From: a bacterium
Lineage (GTDB): Bacteria > UBA8248
DNA length: 64,000 nucleotides
Direction of reading: 5' to 3'
Assembly: GCA_965219955.1 (NCBI GenBank)
Contig: OZ244799.1
Coordinates: 2,944,001-3,008,000 of the forward strand
Below, piece after piece: positions 21,239 through 30,734 of the stretch (within the stretch, counting starts at the first letter, position 1; each line of letters opens with the position of its first letter). Below the pieces are notes generated by a model. The model did no database searches. It had not been told where the DNA came from and worked only from the letters and a program-made list of their open reading frames with translations. The position numbers and the translations under genes are program-made.

Positions 21239-22132
21239 CTACTCCCCCTCGAAGGGTTTCCTGCGCACCCGGCCCTCGCCCACCAGGGCCGCCTTCATGA
21301 GGAGGATCAGAGTATTGGTCCTGGGGATGAGGTGGATGAAGCGGTCGAGTTTTTGATCGATCACGTCGATTTCGCTCTCAGAAAACCCCAGCGCCGCCGC
21401 CCGCTCCCTGCTCAGATCGACGGCGAAGGGAAACTCCTGCGCGGCGGCCGCCGCTGCGCCCTGCGCCTGCGTGACGGTGATCAGGTAGCCCGCCTTCGAC
21501 ATCTCTTCTTTCAAGAACGGCCAGACGCGCTCCAGGAAGGCGGGATGATGCCCCAGGGCGCGCCAGACGCTGCCCAGCCCCCCGGTCGCTTCGCGGATCT
21601 CCTGATACAGCGCGCCCAGAGAATCGTCCACGGCGGACGGGTCCACGAGGCTCTCGGCGCGCATGGAGGCGGGCGGACCGGTGGGCAGCGCATCGGTGTC
21701 CGCCTCAGAACCCGGGCGGATGCCGCCGATCTTCATGCCGTTGAGCGCGCCCTTGAGCGCCGCGACGAGAATGAGGTTTTTGGGATTCGCGTCGTTGTAT
21801 ATGTCCAGGACGCCATCGACCGCGTCGATGTCTTCCGGGGAGTAGCCGCAGTCGTCTTCCAGCTCTTCGCCCACTTCGGGCACGTCGGGCGGCATGGGCG
21901 GAGCCATCCGCATCCTCAGGTTGTCCGCGCAGCGCTCGAAATAAGCGATCGAGGCGTTGGGCCTGAGCGCATCCCAGGCCGCGCAAAAGTAATCCTCGTG
22001 CACCGCAAGGGTGCGGTAGATGAGGTTCACCTGCGTGCTGCGGAGCACCTGGCGCATATCTTCATATACCGCCGCAACCCGCCCTGCAGCGCTGCTCTCG
22101 GTGATTTCATCGAAAGTCATGGGTTTCATCAT
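21239..22132 (-). CDS. DehI-like (group I alpha-haloacid dehalogenase family) protein
   Basis: Two-repeat architecture (VYEDMRQVLR..VNLIYRTLA..WDALRP / LYQEIREATG..VWRALGHHPAFLERVWP) recalled as typical of the DehI family. Confidence 0.6.
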   Translation of the reverse strand: MMKPMTFDEITESSAAGRVAAVYEDMRQVLRSTQVNLIYRTLAVHEDYFCAAWDALRPNASIAYFERCADNLRMRMAPPMPPDVPEVGEELEDDCGYSPEDIDAVDGVLDIYNDANPKNLILVAALKGALNGMKIGGIRPGSEADTDALPTGPPASMRAESLVDPSAVDDSLGALYQEIREATGGLGSVWRALGHHPAFLERVWPFLKEEMSKAGYLITVTQAQGAAAAAAQEFPFAVDLSRERAAALGFSESEIDVIDQKLDRFIHLIPRTNTLILLMKAALVGEGRVRRKPFEGE

Positions 22133-22282
22133 CTTCCTCTTTTAGACCCGCAAGACAAAAGCGGAACAGCGGCCCGGTGAGGCGCTGAAGAAATCACCCA
22201 GAGTATAGGGGTGGCGATGGGATGGAACAAGCCGATACCGTCCCCTGAAGCTCCTCTATTTAGAAAAAAAAATGAAAACCGC

Positions 22283-22327
22283 TTGACAAAAAAGTTGAAT
22301 CCAAATATATTTGATCAAGTCAAATAT
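22283..22327 (+). promoter_or_regulatory. sigma70 promoter with overlapping palindromic operator
   Basis: TTGACA(22283)-17 bp-TATATT(22306); perfect ATATTTGA-N5-TCAAATAT at 22307-22327, upstream of the MarR gene. Confidence 0.75.
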
Positions 22328-22427
22328 TGAAAAGAAAGATATTTGACGACAATTACAAAGCATTCTCCGGCGTCAGGCTTAAGCCGAAAATACTCGGTAA
22401 TGAACTCATAGAGGAGTTTTGAACGGA

Positions 22428-22913
22428 ATGGACACCACGCCGCAAGCCTGCTGCGAAAGCGCAGCACTCGAAACCCACGACCTCGGCGCGCGTCTCCACG
22501 TGGCGCTCGATAATCTCTTTCACCAGAAAAAACCCGCCGACAGAGAGGCCGTTTGCTGCCACGACATCACCCACAACCAGTGGGCCCTCCTCCAAATGCT
22601 CGCCGACACGGATTCGGAACCCCTCCCCATGGGAGTGATCGCCCGGCGGATGCGCCTCACCCCGAGCGGCGTCACGCGCTGCGCGGACCCGCTCGTCGAG
22701 CGCGGACTCATCGAGCGCTGCATGAAGGAAGGAGACCGCCGCGTATGCTGCCTGGGTCTGAGCGAGGCGGGCGCGGTGCTTCACGCGACCATATCGGAAG
22801 GCTGTGCGCTCGAAGACGGCACGCTTCTGGAAAGGTTCTCCCCCGAGGAGAAAGAAGAGATCGTCCGCGCGATAGAAAAACTCGCGCGCGCCGCCGAGGA
22901 GTTATCTTCATGA
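22428..22913 (+). CDS. Cys-rich MarR-family regulator
   Basis: ITHNQWALL, LTPSGVTRCADPLVERGLIER, DRRV; three CC pairs. Confidence 0.85.
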   Translation: MDTTPQACCESAALETHDLGARLHVALDNLFHQKKPADREAVCCHDITHNQWALLQMLADTDSEPLPMGVIARRMRLTPSGVTRCADPLVERGLIERCMKEGDRRVCCLGLSEAGAVLHATISEGCALEDGTLLERFSPEEKEEIVRAIEKLARAAEELSS

Positions 22914-24007
22914 TCACCGAAGTGAAAACAACGCCTGCCGCAGACAGCCCCGCGTCATCCGCCGAAGAGGCCTCCTGCTGCGCGCCGGAGCCGAAAGCCA
23001 GGTGGACCTCCCCCTACCTGTGGGGCTTCATATCGATAGGCGCGCTTTTTGCGCTCATCCTCTGGGCGGGAGCGGGACGAGAGATTTCCGCCGAGATCAT
23101 CGCCGCGGAGATCAAGCGAAACCTCTTGTTCATGCTGAACAGCTTCTGGGGCATCGCGCCCTTTTTCCTCCTGAGCGTGGGGGTCTCGGCGTGGGTCACC
23201 GTCGCCGGATACGCCGACAAGATAAAAGCGGTGTTCGACAAGCGCCAGGGCATGGCCATCGCCGGCGCTGCGTCAGTGGGCGCCGTGGTCCCGTTCTGCT
23301 CCTGCGGCGTCATCCCCCTCATCGCCGCCATGCTGGCAAGCGGCGTACCGCTTGGACCCGTGATGGCCTTCTGGATCAGCTCACCCCTCATGAGCCCCGA
23401 GAAATTCGTGCTGACGGCGGGCGTTCTGGGAACGGACTACGCCGTCGCGCGGCTCGTCAGCGCCATCGTTATTGGAGCAGGCGCCGGCTACGCCACCTAT
23501 CTCATCGGGCGGGGCGGGAGACTCGACGGTGAGTTGAGGAACATCGTCGCGCCGGGCGCACAGGAAAACACGGGTGAACCCCGGATGCACAGGCCGTCCT
23601 TGAGCGGCTTCGCAGCCCAGGCGAGCAGCGTGGGCCTTTATCTCGCCAAATGGCTGGCCGTGGCGTTTCTCCTGGAGGCGCTCATCGTCCACTACGTCGA
23701 CCCCGCGTGGATAGGCGCGATACTCGGAAGCGACAACCCCTGGTCGATTCCGCTGGCGAGCGCGGTGGGCATCCCGCTCTACACCTCGGGCGTCGCCGCC
23801 ATCCCCATCACCAAGGGTCTCATCGCCGCAGGCATGGGCGGGGGCGCGGCCATGGCTTTTCTCATTGCGGGTCCCGTCACGTGCGTCCCCGCCATGGCAG
23901 GCGTGTGGGCGCTGGTGAAACGAAAAGTTTTGGCCATCTACCTGGCGGGCGGCATCCTGGGCTCACTGGTCGCGGGATACGCCTTTCAGCTTCTCGTCCG
24001 TTCTTGA
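22910..24007 (+). CDS. ArsP/DUF318-family permease
   Basis: PFCSCGVIP, AFWISSPLM, GIPLY, AFLIAGP; ATGA overlap with MarR. Confidence 0.85.
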   Translation: MITEVKTTPAADSPASSAEEASCCAPEPKARWTSPYLWGFISIGALFALILWAGAGREISAEIIAAEIKRNLLFMLNSFWGIAPFFLLSVGVSAWVTVAGYADKIKAVFDKRQGMAIAGAASVGAVVPFCSCGVIPLIAAMLASGVPLGPVMAFWISSPLMSPEKFVLTAGVLGTDYAVARLVSAIVIGAGAGYATYLIGRGGRLDGELRNIVAPGAQENTGEPRMHRPSLSGFAAQASSVGLYLAKWLAVAFLLEALIVHYVDPAWIGAILGSDNPWSIPLASAVGIPLYTSGVAAIPITKGLIAAGMGGGAAMAFLIAGPVTCVPAMAGVWALVKRKVLAIYLAGGILGSLVAGYAFQLLVRS

Positions 24008-24013
24008 GGCTTC

Positions 24014-24047
24014 AGGCCCCCCGTCCCGGGGGGCCTTCGCTTTTTCT
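24014..24047 (+). terminator. rho-independent terminator
   Basis: AGGCCCCCC-GTCCC-GGGGGGCCT hairpin followed by a T-rich tract. Confidence 0.7.
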
Positions 24048-24145
24048 CCATAAACAATCCCCCTGCTCCTCTCGACAAGATGCGCTCATAACCGTAATCT
24101 CCCAGAAAAATTTACGAGATATTCCCACCCTGGAGACATGCGAAA

Positions 24146-25003
24146 ATGCCGATTTCCCTTCACGCCGCCGAGTATTCCGAACCCAGCAACATGAGCGTTG
24201 GCTACGTCATCACCACGCCCGAGGTGCGCTCGCCCCTGATGCCGGGCGTGCGCGGGAATTTCGGCGAAAACCTGGGCGTCCTCAAGGATTTGGGCTACGA
24301 CACGCTCGAAGTCGCCATGCGCGACCCCGAGGACCCCGACGCCCAGGGGGTGGAAGCGGAAATCGCCCGCGCGGGCTTTTCGGTGACGATGATAGGCTCG
24401 GCTCCCAGCGAGCTTCAGGACGGGGTGATGATGTGCCACCCCGACGCCGAGGTCCGCGAGGCGGGCGCCGCCCGGCTGCGCTCGCTGATCGATGCGGGCG
24501 AAAAACTCGGCGCCCTGGGCGTGAACATCGGCCGGTTCCGCGGCACGTGCATCCCCGGAGAGTTGTGGGAGACCTCGAACGGCTGGATGCGCGACGCCAT
24601 GACCGCGGGCGCGGACTATGCCGCCGAGCGGGGCATGAAGATCTATATCGAGCCCTACAACCGCTACGAGACGAACTTCATCAACACCGTGCGCCAGGGG
24701 ATGGAATACGTGAAGGAAGAAAAACACGCAGGCCTCGCCCTCATGATCGACAGCTGCTGGATGAATTCAGAAGACGCCTCCATTCCCGGGGCCATCTTCG
24801 CCGCGCGCGATTGGATAGAATACGTGCACGTGGCCGATTCCACGCGCGGCTATCCGGGTTCGGCCCACATCCACTTCGGCGACTTCATCCGCGCGCTCAG
24901 GGAAATCGGCTACGAGGGCGTTCTCTCCGTGCAGATCGACCAGAAGCCCGCCTTCCAGGTCGCGGCGGAGCGGAGCATCCGGCTGCTCAGGTGTTATTTG
25001 TGA
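24146..25003 (+). CDS. sugar phosphate isomerase/epimerase (xylose isomerase-like TIM barrel)
   Basis: EPYNRYETNFINT, VHVADSTRGYPG, GYEG motifs. Confidence 0.85.
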   Translation: MPISLHAAEYSEPSNMSVGYVITTPEVRSPLMPGVRGNFGENLGVLKDLGYDTLEVAMRDPEDPDAQGVEAEIARAGFSVTMIGSAPSELQDGVMMCHPDAEVREAGAARLRSLIDAGEKLGALGVNIGRFRGTCIPGELWETSNGWMRDAMTAGADYAAERGMKIYIEPYNRYETNFINTVRQGMEYVKEEKHAGLALMIDSCWMNSEDASIPGAIFAARDWIEYVHVADSTRGYPGSAHIHFGDFIRALREIGYEGVLSVQIDQKPAFQVAAERSIRLLRCYL

Positions 25004-26247
25004 GGTCCGGGGATTGGGGTGTCCCTGCTGCCTCGAGCAATCGGTATCTTCTCGAGATGAGCGTCGACGGTCTGAATGATTTCCCTGGTTAGCGGGAGAT
25101 TTGTCTTTTCGGCCTGCCAAAGCTGATGAAACAGGGCCACGGTTTCATGGGCTGCATCAAGAACCAGCTTCTCGGGTAACAGCGCCTTGGCCGCAAGGTG
25201 AGCCAGTTCGTCTGCAGAGAATTCACTGAAACGCTTGGTTCGACTGAAATTCAGCGCAGCCTTCTCATCCGGGATATAGGATATCGTCGACACGAAATCG
25301 TAGGCGGGGGCAAGCACCGCGCGCCGCCGGTCAGGATAAATCAACGACCAGTTTTTCAAATGCATATCGGCATTACCGATCAACGTATTGAACGTCAGCC
25401 TGCGAATGAACTCAGCGATATCCGCATCACCGCCTTCCATGGCAATGACTTTGGCAATACTGCGATAATTCGCTCTCTCGTATTTTTTGTCTGGATAGAC
25501 ACCGAAGACTTGCGCGAAGTCCTCCATGTGGACGGGTATGCCACCCTCCAGCCGGTCAAAACGCTGTATGGCGAGCGCTTTTCCCTGCAGCCTGCCGATA
25601 TCTTCAGGCAGATTTCCGATCGCATCGACATCAACCAGCTTGAGAGTCGGCACGTCAATACCTACAAGACGGGCCAGGGTCATCATTGCATATTCGTTCT
25701 CGGGCACACCTGCGAATTCACGCGAAGGCAGCTTTATGATCCACGAGCCGCCGACGCCCCTGGCGGGAATCGTCAAACCACCGCTGGCCTCGGCAATCGC
25801 TGAAAACTTGAGTTGTACGCCGGCGAGTGAAAAGCGCAGTGCAGTTTCATACGGGCTCTCGTCATCCTGATTGACATGAACGTCCGGCGGCCATGCTTCA
25901 CCATCGGCGGGCTGGATCGTAATCGCCCCCGGAAGATCGCTACCGAGTGCCCGGAGCAGAAAAAACTCGCGCGCGGGACTCACACCGGCGTGTCCGGCGA
26001 GATAAGCACGTAAATGCCCTTCCGGCAACAGATTCGAAAAAAACGGCAACACGCTTGCCCGGGTCGGACGAAAGTCGGTGATCAATTCACCAAACTCGTC
26101 CTTGAAACCCAGCCCGAGCACAGGCCGATTCTCATCTGAAATATACTCGTCGTTGAAAGCAAAAAGCGTACGGTCGCCATCGACGCGCGTCAGCGTACCG
26201 ATTGGAACACCGTAAAGCAGGACGTCCAGGACAACGACATCAGACAT
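24994..26247 (-). CDS. hipA: HipA-family kinase toxin
   Basis: PFFSNLLPEG, FSLAGVQLK, HMEDFAQ, GNADMHLKNWS, LAPAYD. Confidence 0.93.
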   Translation of the reverse strand: MSDVVVLDVLLYGVPIGTLTRVDGDRTLFAFNDEYISDENRPVLGLGFKDEFGELITDFRPTRASVLPFFSNLLPEGHLRAYLAGHAGVSPAREFFLLRALGSDLPGAITIQPADGEAWPPDVHVNQDDESPYETALRFSLAGVQLKFSAIAEASGGLTIPARGVGGSWIIKLPSREFAGVPENEYAMMTLARLVGIDVPTLKLVDVDAIGNLPEDIGRLQGKALAIQRFDRLEGGIPVHMEDFAQVFGVYPDKKYERANYRSIAKVIAMEGGDADIAEFIRRLTFNTLIGNADMHLKNWSLIYPDRRRAVLAPAYDFVSTISYIPDEKAALNFSRTKRFSEFSADELAHLAAKALLPEKLVLDAAHETVALFHQLWQAEKTNLPLTREIIQTVDAHLEKIPIARGSRDTPIPGPHK

Positions 26248-26845
26248 GGTCGTCTTCTTCCAGCCGATAAGCCGGGCGCGCGGATTCTCCCGTCTCCCTG
26301 TCAGACAAACCATGCGCAAGCGTATTTCGGAGACTGCGAAGCTGGAAAAGAGAGGCGCGAACAGCGTCCAGACTCTCCGGGTTATCCCTAAAGGACTTCA
26401 CCGCATCCTCAGCGTTGCGAATCGTCTCGATGTCGTGACGTGGAATTAGAAAATGCTGGAGATCCCGGACATGACGCTGAAACTCAGCCAATTCAGTCAC
26501 CTTGGGGTGTAATTTTATAAGAGCGGCAATATGACGCTGAAGACGCCGAAGTTCCCGAAGCGTCCGACGTACACGCCCGCGGGCGAAGAGGTTGCTCTCT
26601 ACACTGTCTCGTACAATCGACTGAACGGCCGGGACGGCCTTGCGCGGCGCGAGCACCACCTCCAGTTCCAGAACACGGGCCAGCTTCACGAGGTTGGAAA
26701 CACGGAGATCGACGGTATTATTCTCGATCTTCGAGATATGGGCCTGCGGCACGCCGGTCTGCTCGCTCAGCGCGCGCTGGCTCAGCCCCTTGCCCTCTCG
26801 GGCGCTTTTCAGCATATCGGCTATGTGTTCCGTCGAATACACCAT
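26240..26845 (-). CDS. XRE HTH antitoxin (HipB-like) with a long helical insert
   Basis: GLSQRALSEQTGVPQAHISKIENN HTH; overlaps the hipA start; carries RNTLAH. Confidence 0.85.
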   Translation of the reverse strand: MVYSTEHIADMLKSAREGKGLSQRALSEQTGVPQAHISKIENNTVDLRVSNLVKLARVLELEVVLAPRKAVPAVQSIVRDSVESNLFARGRVRRTLRELRRLQRHIAALIKLHPKVTELAEFQRHVRDLQHFLIPRHDIETIRNAEDAVKSFRDNPESLDAVRASLFQLRSLRNTLAHGLSDRETGESARPAYRLEEDDHV

Positions 26846-26855
26846 ATTTAATTCC

Positions 26856-26877
26856 TTTTATATATTAATATATAAAA
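26856..26877. promoter_or_regulatory. perfect 22-bp palindrome, candidate HipB operator
   Basis: TTTTATATATTAATATATAAAA just upstream of the antitoxin start, in an AT-rich patch. Confidence 0.55.
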
Positions 26878-27085
26878 ATAATATATCTTCATATATCATA
26901 ATCATGCTCGATTCAAGATTCAACAGATAAACCAATGAACAATTTTATTCGATACGCTTTTGTAGAGCACAAAGAGCAAAGGCCGCTCCGAAGAGTGGCC
27001 CTTGAGCCGACAGCACGCTGCCGACGGGTATATTCACCTACCCTATGACCGGATAGACGTACCCGCAATCGGCAAGGGCTCGCCC

Positions 27086-27175
27086 CTGCTTCTCGCACTC
27101 GCCGCGCGTAATCTTGGTGGCGATATGGGCCGGGAATGCGGGGAAAATTCTGACGACTCTCTTCTCCTTCTCGTC
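27086..27175 (-). pseudogene. 3' fragment paralogous to the 27862-28326 gene
   Basis: Encodes DEKEKRVVRIFPAFPAHIATKITRGECEK vs DEKEKRIIEIFPAFPAHIATKIARGECEK. Confidence 0.8.
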
Positions 27176-27510
27176 TACATCGCATCCGGCAATGCGGCCC
27201 GAGGCGGTGGGTTCTCCCTCGTGGGCAGAAGGCGGATATGGTCGCCCGATTCTTCCTCGGCGCGGACGAGTTCGAAGTGCGCCTGTAAGTTGAGCCAGAA
27301 CTCGGGCTCGACGCCGAACCAGTGGCCGAAGCGCAAGGCCGTATCGCCGGTGACCGATCTCTTGCCGTTGATGATCTGGCTCACCCGGTTGGGCGGCACC
27401 TCAATCTGGCGCGCGAATTCGGTGGGCGTCACGCCGAGTTCCGCCAGTTCGTCCTTCAAAATCTCGCCGGGATGAACGGCTCGCTTGAGCACTTGTTTTT
27501 CTCCCCTCAT
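27175..27510 (-). CDS. higA: HigA-family antitoxin
   Basis: VHPGEILKDEL, RVSQIINGKRSVTGDTALR, FWLNLQ. Confidence 0.93.
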   Translation of the reverse strand: MRGEKQVLKRAVHPGEILKDELAELGVTPTEFARQIEVPPNRVSQIINGKRSVTGDTALRFGHWFGVEPEFWLNLQAHFELVRAEEESGDHIRLLPTRENPPPRAALPDAM

Positions 27511-27794
27511 GAATGATAGTCGACAATCTCGACTCTACTCGGCCCCGAGGTTCCATCTGGCCATTCGAAGCATATCCGCCATTGCAAGTTGATTCGGATA
27601 GAGTACTGTCCTTTCCGACTTCCACTGAGCGCCTCCAATCTATTGCTCGGTAAGGCCCTTAACGTCTCAAGGGAAGGTGCCGCGTTTAGAATCGAAAGGC
27701 GTTTCGTAGCTTGCTGCTCAAATCCATGAAAGTCCCTCACGAACCTCCCACTGGCGAATCGCTCTGTTTTCCTGTCCCGATAATCAAGGATCAT
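27507..27794 (-). CDS. higB: HigB/RelE-family toxin
   Basis: PSNRLEALSGSRKGQYSIRINLQWRICFEW, VEIVDYH. Confidence 0.93.
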   Translation of the reverse strand: MILDYRDRKTERFASGRFVRDFHGFEQQATKRLSILNAAPSLETLRALPSNRLEALSGSRKGQYSIRINLQWRICFEWPDGTSGPSRVEIVDYHS

Positions 27795-27861
27795 AGCGCC
27801 TCATTATAGATAATTGACGCTGGACGTCAAGGGTAAATACACTAAAACCTCCAGATGAATC

Positions 27862-28326
27862 CTACTTCTCGCATTCCCCGCGCGCGATCTTGGTGGCGAT
27901 GTGGGCCGGGAATGCGGGGAAAATCTCAATGATTCTCTTTTCCTTTTCGTCACGTACGACGACGGTGTGGGAATACCTTCTCGACAGGAAAAACCCGGTG
28001 AGGCGGAAGCGCCCGAAGGGCTGCCATGTGAGGATGAAGGGGTAGGTGACGGATTTTTCCTTGTTGAAGGGCCGCGTGATGAGGAATTCCCCCTCACCGC
28101 CGATGGGGTAGGCCAGCTTCTTGAACTCGCCCTTTTTGCGCTCCACCAGCCAGACGGCCAGGTCGCGCTTGTCGGCCGGAAGCGTGATACGCACGTTCTG
28201 CTCGACCTTGTAGCCGTTCAGGATGGTGTAGCTCACCCGGCATTTGAACACGCTTTCCACGTTCGTCTCCGCCGCAGCGGAAACACAAGTGGCGAGCACT
28301 GCGATGACACAGACGATGCGCTTCAT
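27862..28326 (-). CDS. hypothetical exported protein
   Basis: Signal peptide MKRIVCVIAVLATCVSAAA; GAGG RBS. Confidence 0.7.
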   Translation of the reverse strand: MKRIVCVIAVLATCVSAAAETNVESVFKCRVSYTILNGYKVEQNVRITLPADKRDLAVWLVERKKGEFKKLAYPIGGEGEFLITRPFNKEKSVTYPFILTWQPFGRFRLTGFFLSRRYSHTVVVRDEKEKRIIEIFPAFPAHIATKIARGECEK

Positions 28327-28466
28327 CCTGAAACCTCGGGATTCAAGAGGTCGTATTCAGCGGCGAACGCCTCATATTATGGACGATTCGAGCGGTTGAT
28401 TTCCAGCGGGGCGCCGGAAGGAGTGAAACTGAAACCCGTACAACGGAATGCGGCAACCCCCAACGA

Positions 28467-28499
28467 AAACCGCCCCGGAGCCGATGCCCCGGGGCAGTT
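28467..28499 (-). terminator. probable rho-independent terminator
   Basis: On the minus strand GCCCCGGGGC-ATCG-GCTCCGGGGC followed by GGTTTT, downstream of the AhpD-like gene. Confidence 0.55.
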
Positions 28500-28516
28500 A
28501 TGTTCTGCAGTGTGGT

Positions 28517-29194
28517 TCAGCCGCTCCTGTTCGGGTCCAGGGCGTCGGGTTCGGGGTATTCATCCGGCCAGTGGTCGACCATCGTCTTGTAGTAGGTCTT
28601 GACCTTCCCGCCGTCCAGGTGGAGGGATTTCTTGATCTTGTCGACCTCCCGCTGTTCTTCGAGCGGGATGCCGAGCGAATCCATATAGCGGTTGAAGAGG
28701 TTGAAGAGTCCGCTCACCATCGTGAGTTCGACGATCTCGGCTTCGGAGAAATGCTTGCGCACCTCCTCGAACACGTCGTCTCTCGATCGCGCGGTGTTGA
28801 GCGTCACGTGCTCCGCCCACAGGATGGCCGCCTTCTCGCGCGGGGTGAACAAATCCGATTCCATGTAGCCGTCGGTGCCGATGACTTCCACCTGCTCGGG
28901 GCTGATGCCGGCCGCTTGACCAAGCGACGTGTTGTGCGCGTATCAGTAGGCGCACCCGTTGAGATGGCTCGTCTTGATGACCACCATCTCCTTGATCTTT
29001 GTCTTGAGCAGGCTGCCCCCGCCCTCGCGCTGGAGCGTCGCCACGAAGGGCAGCATCGCCTTGGCGACGTGGGGGGTCTTGGCCAGCACCCGCATCGAAT
29101 GCGGCACGCGGCCGAGCATGGCGGTAGTCGCCTCATAAAAGCGTGCCACGTCGGCGTCCGCTTCCTCGGGCTGAATCATTTCAATTCTGGACAT
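28517..29194 (-). CDS. AhpD/carboxymuconolactone decarboxylase-like protein with in-frame UGA (probable selenocysteine, CxxU)
   Basis: ORFs 28943-29194 and 28517-28891 share one frame: TSHLNGCAY-TGA(28943-28945)-YAHNTSLGQAAG; SECIS-like hairpin downstream. Confidence 0.82.
28911..28945 (-). promoter_or_regulatory. candidate bacterial SECIS element
   Basis: After the UGA: GTCGCTT-GGTC-AAGCGGC stem-loop; loop starts with G, 21 nt from the UGA. Confidence 0.65.
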
Positions 29195-29296
29195 ACTTGA
29201 ACTCTCCTATCGCTTGCAGCCTAAGAAATCATGAGAAAGCCTTCATCATCGGCCATGCTCAGCGGCCCACAGCCGAATCCTCATAAAGCTCTCCTA

Positions 29297-29899
29297 TTAT
29301 GAACCATCCGCCGCCTCGCGGGCCAGCCACGCGCGGAACTCCGCGAGCGCGATCCCCCGGTGGCTGATGCGGTTTTTGACCCCGAGCGGAAGCTCCGAGA
29401 CGGCGCAGCCGTGCTCGGGCAGATACATGAGCGGGTCGTAGCCGAAACCGCCCTCCCCCTGCGGGGCGCGCAGTATCCACCCGTGCAGCGCGCCCTCGAA
29501 AAAACCGAACCAGCCATCGGGCTTCAGATAAGCCAGCACGCAAACATAGCGCGCGCCGCGCGCGGCATCGGGCACTTCGCGCATCCTCTCGAGCAGGAGC
29601 GCGTTGCGCCCCGAATCATCCAGCCCATCACCGCCGAAACGCGCGGAGCGAACGCCAAGCTCGCCGGGCAGCGCATCCACCTCCACGCCGGAATCATCCG
29701 CCAGGGCGGGAAGGCCGCTCGCCTCACAAGCGGCCCGCGCCTTGATGAGCGCGTTTTCCGCATAAGTGGAGCCTGTTTCCTCAACTTCGAATTCAAAGCC
29801 CGCTTCAGCGGGGAGAAGGAGCTCGACGTCCATCCCCTCGAGGGCGGCACGCACTTCGCGCGCCTTGCCGGGATTTCCGCTCGCAAGAACGATCTTCAT
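29297..29899 (-). CDS. rdgB: non-canonical purine NTP pyrophosphatase (RdgB/HAM1)
   Basis: LASGNPGK, ENALIKA, ADDSG, GFGYDP, KNRISHRG. Confidence 0.93.
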   Translation of the reverse strand: MKIVLASGNPGKAREVRAALEGMDVELLLPAEAGFEFEVEETGSTYAENALIKARAACEASGLPALADDSGVEVDALPGELGVRSARFGGDGLDDSGRNALLLERMREVPDAARGARYVCVLAYLKPDGWFGFFEGALHGWILRAPQGEGGFGYDPLMYLPEHGCAVSELPLGVKNRISHRGIALAEFRAWLAREAADGS

Positions 29900-29904
29900 T
29901 TCGC

Positions 29905-30633
<729 letters not shown>

Positions 30634-30734
30634 GCTCTCTCCCTATCGAATGCGAACCACTTTTCAGACGCAGAGGATACTACGGGGATTTGATGCGCGA
30701 ATCCAGAGGAAAAGGATGAATCCCGCTAGCGGTC

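Noticed and set aside
22553-22909. N-terminal extension of the permease ORF
   Set aside because: It overlaps MarR in another frame; the ATG at 22910 with a GAGGAG RBS is the better start
28943-28945. Nonsense mutation making the AhpD-like gene a pseudogene
   Set aside because: The UGA falls exactly on the redox Cys position, a SECIS-like hairpin follows and both halves look intact, so Sec is more parsimonious, though not proven
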